This document shows positions 37,854 through 46,553 of a DNA stretch of 64,000 nucleotides, piece after piece. Position 1 is the stretch's first letter, and every line of letters begins with the position of its first letter. The position numbers were made by a program, and so were the translations under genes. The notes under the pieces are model-generated. The model saw only the letters and a list, made by a program, of their open reading frames with translations, had not been told where the DNA came from and made no database searches. The stretch is taken from the NCBI GenBank assembly GCA_041662445.1, contig JBAZSL010000003.1, forward strand, positions 842 through 64,841. Reading direction: 5' to 3'. The DNA comes from Candidatus Babeliales bacterium (lineage in GTDB: Bacteria; Babelota; Babeliae; Babelales; RVW-14).

Positions 37854-39699
37854 CCTAATCCTTTTTGCGCTTGTTGTCGGCGTATTCGCCTATGCTGTTG
37901 ATACATTATGGTTTCGCGAAGATGATTTAGGCCTCATCATTAATGGTTTTATGGATAGTTGGCGCAATTTTTTTCGCGTTCTCTTTTCTGACTGTCGCTC
38001 CTTTATTACGCCATGCAATTATCAGCGCACTATCCCCAATGTAGTCTCTGGCTTTTTACGTCCCATACAGCATATTTTTCTTTCACTTGTCTATGCTATC
38101 TGGGGCGTTGATCCCGTGCCTTACTACTATGCAAATGTTCTCTGCCATGCGGCAAATGCTGCTTCATTGGTGGTGGTGAGTAGTATCTGGCTTCCGCTGA
38201 CACTTGCCTGGAGTATCGGTTTTATTTTCGCCTTTTATCCTGACATGACCTGGCTGGTGTGGATAACAACGTTGCAAAATAGCTTGGCAACCTTTTTTTT
38301 ATTGCTGACGATACTTGCCTGTTGTGCCTATATCTGGGCTTCAACGCCTTCGCGGCGTATATGGTGGTGGTGGACATCAGGATTCTTATTTCTTTGCTCA
38401 CTTCTTTCACGCGAAACGGGTATATTTTTGCCGGTGTGGTTTTTTATGGGAGCCTATATCTTTATGACTGCGGCTGATATGCCGTGGTGGCAGAGAACCA
38501 AACAGGCGGCAATGCATGCCAGTATTTTCTTTCTGAGCACCGCTGTTTATTTTTTGATGCGTCTTTGTGCTTTTGGGGTCCATACATTGCCTCGCACGAT
38601 GCATAATCTGACGCTTCGTTATCCTTGCTTGCAATCATGTGCCCAACATGATCAAGTGATAGCGGCGGTGGCGCGACGTGTCCAAGCAGTTGCTCGATCG
38701 GTACAACAAGGAGATGTTGTAGCTTCGTTGTGGAATACACTGTGTGATCATTGCTGTGTCTGGTTAAGTGTAGCGGCAAATGTTGCACTCAAGACTATGT
38801 GGCACAAATGGCTAGCCGTCTGCATTGCGGGCGCATTAATTATTTTCCTCGTGCGTGCATTTAAAGGGCATGGCGCGATTCTTGGTTGGTTGGTGATTGG
38901 ATTAGGTTGTACGCTATGGCCAGGATTGCTAGCTTATCCGAGCCAACGGTATTTGAACCTGATGTACCCCTTCATTATTTTTATTATCATCTACGGAGTG
39001 TATGCGGCGCACAAATATGGTGACAGTATCTGGATGCGTTTTGTTTCACTTATTATTCTTATGTCGATGTGGGGAATGGGTATACGAGGGATGTATACTA
39101 ATATGTGTGGGCTTGAAAGTGCTGCGCATGGTTGTTACGCGTACAAGCAACGGTTTGAGGATTTTTTCGCACGATATCATTTTGATCCCGCTACAAACTT
39201 TGTCATCGTATCAACGCCTTTTGTCTCTGATATACAGAGTATTTTTCAGGCCTTTCTTAACAATCGAACGACACGTGTTGTATGTGATCCTTTTTCCACC
39301 ATTGCCCAACAGGGCATCATGGGATGTCGTAAAGATTATCGCATTACCGGCGTACCGAGTACCATGGTGTTTATTCCTGGCGGTATACGGTTAATCTCAC
39401 AAGATTCGCTCCATTGTGGATGGTGGCTACGTTTTTCAGATTTTCCCCTCGCCTGGTCAGAGGAACAGCGGGCATACGCGTGGACCAATGAGCCTTATCG
39501 CGAGGGCATATGGTATCGCTGTTCAATAGGTAAATTTATGATTAACAAACAAATTGATGAGAATTGTGCTGCCGATATTTCATTTGTCTTTGATGCTCGC
39601 TGGATTGATGATAAAACCATTTTTGTGGCGTGGGATACCGTTGAAGGCCGCTATGTTGTGTGCTCGTCATCACGAGGGTCATACATTAAGCTAAAATGA
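37807..39699 (+). CDS. Polytopic GT-C-like membrane protein, family D, with a ~190-aa soluble C-terminal domain
   Basis: The first-loop motif WFREDDLGLIING resembles the DD/DE motif of PMT/TMTC-type GT-C enzymes. About 11-13 TM helices, then a hydrophilic tail. Strong SD AAGGAGAG 6 nt before ATG 37807. 47-nt overlap with manC. Confidence 0.5.
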   Translation: MLVVQRARWRRRILCSLILFALVVGVFAYAVDTLWFREDDLGLIINGFMDSWRNFFRVLFSDCRSFITPCNYQRTIPNVVSGFLRPIQHIFLSLVYAIWGVDPVPYYYANVLCHAANAASLVVVSSIWLPLTLAWSIGFIFAFYPDMTWLVWITTLQNSLATFFLLLTILACCAYIWASTPSRRIWWWWTSGFLFLCSLLSRETGIFLPVWFFMGAYIFMTAADMPWWQRTKQAAMHASIFFLSTAVYFLMRLCAFGVHTLPRTMHNLTLRYPCLQSCAQHDQVIAAVARRVQAVARSVQQGDVVASLWNTLCDHCCVWLSVAANVALKTMWHKWLAVCIAGALIIFLVRAFKGHGAILGWLVIGLGCTLWPGLLAYPSQRYLNLMYPFIIFIIIYGVYAAHKYGDSIWMRFVSLIILMSMWGMGIRGMYTNMCGLESAAHGCYAYKQRFEDFFARYHFDPATNFVIVSTPFVSDIQSIFQAFLNNRTTRVVCDPFSTIAQQGIMGCRKDYRITGVPSTMVFIPGGIRLISQDSLHCGWWLRFSDFPLAWSEEQRAYAWTNEPYREGIWYRCSIGKFMINKQIDENCAADISFVFDARWIDDKTIFVAWDTVEGRYVVCSSSRGSYIKLK

Positions 39700-39794
39700 C
39701 CTTATTCACAGAATTCTTCCCTTTTCTGCATGTAGTTGGATACGATCTACGATAGAGATTGTGGGTACCGGGTTTTTTAGGAAGGGGGACGTCC

Positions 39795-40523
39795 ATGAAT
39801 AAGATCGATAGATTTCTGGACAGCATCGACTGCATCATCGAAAAAAAAATTTCGCCGCTGTGGAAGTTTGTACAAAAATATTTTGTTATATTTAGCAGCA
39901 CGCTCTTAGCATTTTTACTGCTTATCTTCTTTCTCAAGATCTATCAAGATACATCTTCGGTGCGCGTTTCGGTCATGCGAGAGGATCTTGAAGTTTTGCA
40001 GCAACTGCTCAATCGCATTGATAAAGAGTGCAACATTCTCAGCATACGTTCCAAGGGTGCCGACCTTGATTTTTTTACCGTCGAAAAGTTTGTTGGTTCC
40101 ACGGTCGGCTGTCTCAATCTTGCTTACCCCAAAAACTGGCACGGGCCTTATGTGCAGCAAGATCCAACTATGGATGGAAAATTTTATGAGATAATCCATG
40201 CGCGTGATGGATATTTCATCGTTCCTGGCCAGGGAGTTCGGCTTCCCAATGACATGGTGATGGGTAAAGATGTGAAGGTTTCAGATAAAGTACACATTGG
40301 CGATTTGATCAAAGCAGGGGGTGCTCTTAATTACAAGGGACGAGCGCTTGGGATAAAGTTGGATTTTAAAATTGGCGATTGGGATTCCCGTCCTCCAAAA
40401 GTTGATACAACCAAAGTTCCCGTCGAAAAGTTTGAAAAGACCAGCAAGATTATTCAAGAATTCCAAGCTGCGTTGCCATATACCCAACGGCATGCGGCGC
40501 AGAGTGAGACAAAAGCGGGATAA
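39795..40523 (+). CDS. Hypothetical membrane-anchored protein (weak pseudopilin-like segment)
   Basis: ATG 39795 follows an AGGGGGA SD. One N-terminal TM (FVIFSSTLLAFLLLIFFL). NWHGPYVQQDPTMDGKFYEI faintly recalls the GspG-type W.GPY...DPWG..Y, but there is no prepilin G-F-T-L-x-E site. Confidence 0.4.
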   Translation: MNKIDRFLDSIDCIIEKKISPLWKFVQKYFVIFSSTLLAFLLLIFFLKIYQDTSSVRVSVMREDLEVLQQLLNRIDKECNILSIRSKGADLDFFTVEKFVGSTVGCLNLAYPKNWHGPYVQQDPTMDGKFYEIIHARDGYFIVPGQGVRLPNDMVMGKDVKVSDKVHIGDLIKAGGALNYKGRALGIKLDFKIGDWDSRPPKVDTTKVPVEKFEKTSKIIQEFQAALPYTQRHAAQSETKAG

Positions 40524-40551
40524 GTTCTAAAAAAAGTTTCTTGGTGCAAAC

Positions 40552-40581
40552 GGCCGGCCACTTCTGACCGGCCACATTTTT
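40552..40581 (+). terminator. Candidate rho-independent terminator
   Basis: GGCCGG (40552-40557), 10-nt loop, CCGGCC (40568-40573), then ACATTTTT. Confidence 0.4.
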
Positions 40582-40668
40582 GTCTGAAAATTGTTGAGTT
40601 TGCTCTTTTATCAATCTGGGGTACAATAACCCGTTCTTGCCATACTAAAAAACAAACACAGGTGCCGT

Positions 40669-41205
40669 ATGAATGAGCAGAAACAATTTGTTATTCCGTC
40701 ATCACTTCGTCGTAGCCCAAAAAACATTTGGTCGGGGTTTGCTTTTTCGACTATTGCACAGGTGATGGTGTTTGGCTGGTTCTCGCTTTTTAGTACGTAT
40801 CCAGTTTTTCGTGGTGCTGGGTGTTGGTATGTCCTTGCGATCATGGTTGGGGTTTCATTGGTAAACAATATTCTACTGCTACGCAAAGCTGCACCGACTG
40901 CAATTTTTGATGCGACGGGCATTACCGTAAAAGATTTTGGGCTTATTCCCTGGGAAAATATCGAAAAAGTTGCGCTCTATGCACTACCGTTTATGAAGAG
41001 CTTTAAGTTCGTGGGCATACGATGTAAAGATGTTGCTACGGTACGTGCTCAGGCATCATGGGCAGGCAAGCTCAATCTCTTGCGCCCCAAACTTTTTGGC
41101 GATTATCACCTTGCGCTTGCGCATACTCATGCCGTGAGTAATACAGAAATCGTGCTTTTTGCTCAGCACTATCAAGAAGTGCATGCACAATCTAAACTCG
41201 CGTAA
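40669..41205 (+). CDS. Two-TM membrane protein with a C-terminal bacterial-PH-like domain (P-family member 1, most divergent)
   Basis: Two N-terminal TM helices, then IFDATGITVKDFGLIPWENIEKV ... SNTEIVLFAQHYQEVH. The pattern is shared with the next three genes. Confidence 0.5.
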   Translation: MNEQKQFVIPSSLRRSPKNIWSGFAFSTIAQVMVFGWFSLFSTYPVFRGAGCWYVLAIMVGVSLVNNILLLRKAAPTAIFDATGITVKDFGLIPWENIEKVALYALPFMKSFKFVGIRCKDVATVRAQASWAGKLNLLRPKLFGDYHLALAHTHAVSNTEIVLFAQHYQEVHAQSKLA

Positions 41206-41310
41206 AAAAAATCAGTAAATTCAGTGATTATTACATATCGTTCTTGTTTCTGTTCCCAAAACGTAGTACCCTTTGCGCGTTGTTTTAAAACAAACCGTGA
41301 AAGGTTTTTT

Positions 41311-42045
41311 ATGGAATACTCGTCGGCGTTGCTGAAAAAAATTATTGCATTATCGCTTTTATGCGCCACCAGCGCACCAGCCGTTTCTGCAACCACAGTG
41401 ACTGCAGGCGGTGATCCGTATGTGTTGGAATTTGCGCGCACGTATAGCGATCACGTTGAATTTGTGAGTGACGCTAATGGTTGCGGCAAGCTTACGTTGT
41501 ATGCCAATCCAATTACACTAAAAATAATTTTAAAGATACTTGTAGGATTGGGAGCTTGTGCTGCTGGAGGCGTTAGAATTTCTCGTGGTTGGAGCGGATT
41601 AGACAGGCATGGTGGGAATTTGGGGCTTATTGATAGAGTAGTACATGGCGCGCTTGGCGCAGCTGGTTGTGGTCTTGGCCTTTGGTCCCTTCTTGATGGC
41701 ATAGGTGATTTGTCTCTTAAGAAAAATAAAGTTCCTTATATTACCTTGGATGCCGATGGTCTGACACGTTGGAATAGTGCGCATATGAAATGGTCTGATG
41801 CTGATCATAGCGATATTACGACACGTCAGGAGACAACGAGCACTACGAATCATTGGACTGAGGATATATCGACAACAACTGGGACGACGAAAACGATACG
41901 AACATTTCACCTCTATGACAAATATAATAGTGATCTTTTTTCGATCTCTGATAATGATTTCTATTTGTCCGTATCATTTGACCAGCTCCGTGCGCTTATC
42001 GAACATTATATGGCGTGCCATGGCCGACAAGCGTTGCATCACTAA
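41311..42045 (+). CDS. P-family member 2: signal peptide, Gly-rich TM pair, conserved C-terminal domain
   Basis: MEYSSALLKKIIALSLLCATSAPAVSA; LTLYANP; VPYITLDADGLTRWNSAHMKWSDADH; YLSVSFDQLRALIEHYMACHGR. The ORF opens at GTG 41224. Confidence 0.5.
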   Translation: MEYSSALLKKIIALSLLCATSAPAVSATTVTAGGDPYVLEFARTYSDHVEFVSDANGCGKLTLYANPITLKIILKILVGLGACAAGGVRISRGWSGLDRHGGNLGLIDRVVHGALGAAGCGLGLWSLLDGIGDLSLKKNKVPYITLDADGLTRWNSAHMKWSDADHSDITTRQETTSTTNHWTEDISTTTGTTKTIRTFHLYDKYNSDLFSISDNDFYLSVSFDQLRALIEHYMACHGRQALHH

Positions 42046-42075
42046 ACAAAACTTTTAATAAAGAAAGTGAGTTTC

Positions 42076-42720
42076 ATGATATCAAAATCACGTGTGTTAC
42101 TGCGATTGGTGAGTGGTTTTTTACTGCTCCAGGGGATTGGCGAGAGTGCATCTGCACATTCTTGTGCCATCGCCGGCGACGCCTTTATCCAAGACTTTTG
42201 TTCTCATAATGAGAGCGTTGCATCCTCCACAAATGGTGCGCTTACGCTTTATGCACATCCAAACAAGATGGTGGCAGCAGCCATCAAGGCAGTTGTCGCG
42301 GCAGCCGCTGTTGGAGGGGTAGTAGCGACTACGTGCTATTGTCTTTCGGATGGGCAAGAAGCTGGTTCTCCTGCGGGAGATGCGAATTCATCAGCGGGAA
42401 AAAAAATTGTGGGACTTGTGCTTGCTGGTATTGCGAGCGGATGGCTCAGCGCAGGTCTGCTCGTATCGGCGTGGGATGATTATGTGGCAAAAAACGATAA
42501 AAAGCCGTACGTGATTTTGGATTCTGTAGGCATTACTCATTGTTCCAATGGGACGCATTTCAAATGGAGTGATTTTGATTACATTGAGGGTTCGCCGCTC
42601 TACATCAAGGGGAGCAACATTTCCCTTGAGTCTGTCTATGGCGATGATCCTGATTTGCCAGTACCATTGAATCAACTTTGCGACCTTGCCAGGCACTACA
42701 TAGCGGTTTATGGAAAATAA
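42076..42720 (+). CDS. P-family member 3
   Basis: Signal peptide MISKSRVLLRLVSGFLLLQGIGESASA; LTLYAHP; KPYVILDSVGITHCSNGTHFKWSDFDY; LPVPLNQLCDLARHYIAVYGK. The ORF opens at GTG 42067. Confidence 0.5.
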   Translation: MISKSRVLLRLVSGFLLLQGIGESASAHSCAIAGDAFIQDFCSHNESVASSTNGALTLYAHPNKMVAAAIKAVVAAAAVGGVVATTCYCLSDGQEAGSPAGDANSSAGKKIVGLVLAGIASGWLSAGLLVSAWDDYVAKNDKKPYVILDSVGITHCSNGTHFKWSDFDYIEGSPLYIKGSNISLESVYGDDPDLPVPLNQLCDLARHYIAVYGK

Positions 42721-42745
42721 AGAAAGTAAAAACGAGGGAGTAGCA

Positions 42746-45700
42746 ATGATGCTGCATACACATAAGAAATTTACCCACACATTATTATTTGTTACAGCGC
42801 TTCTATTTTCGGGAGCGCCACATCTTTTTGGCGATACTGCTGCCAGTCAACCAGCTCGGGCTGATGCCCAGATCGAAAGTTTTTCGCGCGCTGCGTGGAG
42901 TAATTATGTTGCATATAAAGATGGCAAACTCATTTTGTATGCACGGTTATGTAATGAGTGCATTAACGACAAAGGGTTATTAGCGGGCGTCTCCTTTGCA
43001 GGGGGAATTGCCTGTGCCTCTTGTGCTCTTATGTCTCATGATCACCCGGCCCAGATTTGGGGGGGGATTTTTGGTACAGCTTTATGTGCTCTTGGTGCCT
43101 ATGAAGCGCGGGAATTTTTTAGAAGTCTTGCTCAGGGTGCTGCCAAGGTTCCCTATATCACATTCGATAAAGATGGCTTGACGTTGTATACCAAACGTTG
43201 TTGTGCATGGAAGGACGTCCATACAAACTCGGTATCCTATGTATGTCGAAGCGCAGACGGCACATTGAAATCGACTAAAAAATTAATGTTTGTTGGTACG
43301 CACAAAGATGTTGTTTGTGAAATTTGTAGCGACGATATATATCTACCCATATCATTCAACGAGTTGGAAGCGATTATTCAGTACTATATGGATACCTACG
43401 GTAGAGATATAACGCTGATCGAAGCGTGCAAAAAGAATGATGTGGAGGCTGTCAAAAAACTTATTGCTGCCAAAGCTGATGTCAATCAAAAAGATCCTGC
43501 TGGAGAAACGCCACTTACATGGGCTGCGTATCGTGGTTACGAAGAGATAGTCAGATTGCTTCTTGATGCACATGCTGATGTCAATCAAAAAGATCCTGTG
43601 GGAGAAACACCGCTTACATGGGCTGCATACTATGGTTACGATGGGATAGTCCGACTACTTCTTGATGCACGTGCTGATGTAAACGCACCAAATAAAAGGG
43701 GCGCTACGCCACTGCGGCTTGCAGCAGGGAACTGCCATGATGATTGTGTACACACGTTGCTCCACGCCAACGCGAAAGTTGATATCTGCGATCAAGAAGG
43801 CAATACAGCTCTAAATTTTGCAGCATGGAAGGGGCATGTACGTGTCGTGCGGATGCTTCTTGATGCACATGCTAACATTGAAATACGTAATAACGATGGC
43901 TTTACCGCACTAATGTCGGCTGCAGATGCTGAGCATGCCGAGGTTGTTAGGTTGTTGCTGGCAGCACATGCTGATGTAAATGTAAAAGACCAAAATGGAA
44001 GAACAGCGCTTAGTCTTGCTGCATGGCGTGGATATGCCGATATCGTTACTCTTTTATTGAGTGCACATCCACAGATAGATGCGCAAAATAAATGGGGCGA
44101 GACAGCGCTTCTTCGCGCTACGGCTCAGAGCCATACCGAAGTTGTTAAGGCGCTTCTTGCCGCGCATGCAAATCCGGATATACAAAATCAGTACGGGGAA
44201 ACAGTGCTGACTCTTGCGGCAGGCCGAGATTATCGTAATATTGTCGAATTTCTTCTTGATGCACATGCGGATGTCAACGTGCAGGCAGAAAATGGAAATA
44301 CACCATTGTTGCTGGCGGCTAGCTGGGGATATACAGATGTTGTTAAGCTTCTTCTTGCAGCAGATGCTGATTGTTCATTGGTGAATAAAGAGGGAAAAAC
44401 AGCCCTCGATTATGCTGCCAATGATGAAATCAGAGAACTTATTCGTCAGCATGTTGCACAAAATACTACGGCTGCCGAACATGCTCCAACTCTAACACCA
44501 CTGATAATCGCATGCTACCTGGGTAATATCACCGAAGTGAAAAAGCTTCTCGCGACCACCATCGATGTGAATCAAAAGAATGCTGACGGTAATACAGCGC
44601 TTATAGCGGCGACCGGCCAGGGCTATGCCGAAATCGTCAAATTACTTCTTGCGGCTGGTGCGAATCCGGATATACAGAATAATGAAGGCAAAGACACCGC
44701 TCTTACGATAGCTGCAAAGCTTGGGTACACAACTATTGTTCAGTTGCTTCTTGCGGCGAAGGCTGACGTTACTATTAAAAACAAGAATGGGCAGACAGCA
44801 AAAGATTGTGCGTCAACCGACCACAGCAGAGCGCTTATTCGTCAGTATACTGTGCACAATGCTACGAATATCAAAACAAATGATGAGGTTTCTCCCAGCC
44901 AAACATCTTCCGGAATGGACACAACGCCCCTAATTGATGCCTGCGAGAAGGGCAATATTACAGAGGTTCAACGGCTTCTTGCTACAGGCGTTAATCTTGA
45001 CCAGAAAGATTCTATAGATGAAACGGCACTTATGGGTGCTGTGCAAAAAGGGCATGCTGAAGTTGTTAAACTACTTCTTGCTGCACACGCAGATCTAAAT
45101 ATACAGAACTCTGAAGGAAACACCGCGCTCATGCTAGCCGTTCATATGCGGTGTTCTACGATTGTTGGCCTGCTACTTGCGGCGCATGCAAATTCAAATA
45201 TACGCAATAAAAAAGGGGAGTGGCTTACTGAAGCATTCGGGACACGGGTAAGGATTCAGAATGAGGATACGCCACTTATTGCCGCTGCATGCTTGGGATA
45301 TGCCGATATCGTTGAGCTTCTTCTTGCCTCAAATTCCGATATTAATGCAAAAAACAATAACGAGATGACGGCGCTTATGTGTGCTTCTCAAGCGGGGAAA
45401 AGCGACGTAGTTAAGCTTTTGTTAGCTGCCCATTCACCAATTGATGATCAAAATAAATGGGGATACACAGCATTGTATTATGCAACTGTTGCTGGTCGCG
45501 CGGAGATTGTAAAATTGCTTCTTGGCGCAGGCGCAAACCCCAATATACAGGATGTGTATGGAGATACGGCTCTCAAAAAAGCTGCGGGACTTGGGCATAT
45601 TGATATTGTTAAGCTTTTTCTTGCTGCACATGCCGACGGATCACTGAAGAATAAAATTGGTGCTACTGCAGCACGGTGCGCGGCAACCGATGAGATTGCA

Positions 45701-46330
45701 AATCTTATTCTCCAACATAATGCAAAAAATGATTCCACAATATCACCCCAAGAGCAACGCTCTGATAATCAACCAGAGAAGATTGCTTCATTTTTTGAAG
45801 CGTGCCAAAAAGGTGATGCTGTTGCAGTTAAACAGTTTCTTGCTGCCGGTGCTAATGTTAATCAGCAAGGTCCTTTTGGGCTCACCGCGCTTATGATGGC
45901 TGCTTTTCAAGGACATACCGAAATCGTTCAACTACTTCTTGCAGCGGGGGCAAATCATGACATTTTGGCTCCGAATGGAGTATCTGCGCTTATGGCTGCT
46001 GCGTGCTGTGGGTACGGCGACATTGTTAAATTACTTATTGATGCTCATGCAGACGTTAATATACAGGCAAAGAATGGTGCGACGGCACTCTCGCTTGCTG
46101 CTGGTTATGGATACATTACCGTTGTTAAACAGCTTCTCGCGGCAAATGCCAGTTATGAAATGTATAATGGAGATGACGACCTAATGATAGTACAACCAGC
46201 TAATAGAGAAATTGCCGAACTTATTTGTAAACATGGGTTCAAAGATTCGAGTTATCGGTGGTATGTCGATGACAACGATCATCTCCAATGGACGCTTGTC
46301 ATCCCATTCCCCGAAAGCCCAACGACATAA
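42746..46330 (+). CDS. P-family N-terminal module fused to ~28 ankyrin repeats in four capped blocks
   Basis: N-terminus: LILYARL, two Gly/Cys-rich TM helices, VPYITFDKDGLTLYTKRCCAWKDV, YLPISFNELEAIIQYYMDTYGRD. Then canonical ANK units (G.TALxxAAxxGHxxVVKLLLxAGAxxN). ATG 42746 follows a GAGGGAG SD; the ORF opens at 42710. Confidence 0.9.
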   Translation: MMLHTHKKFTHTLLFVTALLFSGAPHLFGDTAASQPARADAQIESFSRAAWSNYVAYKDGKLILYARLCNECINDKGLLAGVSFAGGIACASCALMSHDHPAQIWGGIFGTALCALGAYEAREFFRSLAQGAAKVPYITFDKDGLTLYTKRCCAWKDVHTNSVSYVCRSADGTLKSTKKLMFVGTHKDVVCEICSDDIYLPISFNELEAIIQYYMDTYGRDITLIEACKKNDVEAVKKLIAAKADVNQKDPAGETPLTWAAYRGYEEIVRLLLDAHADVNQKDPVGETPLTWAAYYGYDGIVRLLLDARADVNAPNKRGATPLRLAAGNCHDDCVHTLLHANAKVDICDQEGNTALNFAAWKGHVRVVRMLLDAHANIEIRNNDGFTALMSAADAEHAEVVRLLLAAHADVNVKDQNGRTALSLAAWRGYADIVTLLLSAHPQIDAQNKWGETALLRATAQSHTEVVKALLAAHANPDIQNQYGETVLTLAAGRDYRNIVEFLLDAHADVNVQAENGNTPLLLAASWGYTDVVKLLLAADADCSLVNKEGKTALDYAANDEIRELIRQHVAQNTTAAEHAPTLTPLIIACYLGNITEVKKLLATTIDVNQKNADGNTALIAATGQGYAEIVKLLLAAGANPDIQNNEGKDTALTIAAKLGYTTIVQLLLAAKADVTIKNKNGQTAKDCASTDHSRALIRQYTVHNATNIKTNDEVSPSQTSSGMDTTPLIDACEKGNITEVQRLLATGVNLDQKDSIDETALMGAVQKGHAEVVKLLLAAHADLNIQNSEGNTALMLAVHMRCSTIVGLLLAAHANSNIRNKKGEWLTEAFGTRVRIQNEDTPLIAAACLGYADIVELLLASNSDINAKNNNEMTALMCASQAGKSDVVKLLLAAHSPIDDQNKWGYTALYYATVAGRAEIVKLLLGAGANPNIQDVYGDTALKKAAGLGHIDIVKLFLAAHADGSLKNKIGATAARCAATDEIANLILQHNAKNDSTISPQEQRSDNQPEKIASFFEACQKGDAVAVKQFLAAGANVNQQGPFGLTALMMAAFQGHTEIVQLLLAAGANHDILAPNGVSALMAAACCGYGDIVKLLIDAHADVNIQAKNGATALSLAAGYGYITVVKQLLAANASYEMYNGDDDLMIVQPANREIAELICKHGFKDSSYRWYVDDNDHLQWTLVIPFPESPTT
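43475..43672 (+). repeat. Tandem 99-nt (one ANK unit) duplication with high nucleotide identity
   Basis: 43475-43573 and 43574-43672 both read GCTGATGTCAATCAAAAAGATCCTG.GGAGAAAC.CC.CTTACATGGGCTGC.TA... They are far more similar to each other than to the other ANK units. Confidence 0.8.
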
Positions 46331-46553
46331 CTGAACTCTTGCCCCCCACCATCCCCTGGCGACGCATAGATAAACATTGGCGTGCACATGCTTACCCATT
46401 TCGGTTGTAGTAACACCATATATCGCTTTTCTATACCCTTGTTTGTTAAAATCATAATCACATGCTTTATCGCCAACGCATCATGAGCTCATTGTTTTGT
46501 GGGGTGACGGTGAAAAAAGATTAGTGAACATTCAGGGGGGCGGCACATTATCG

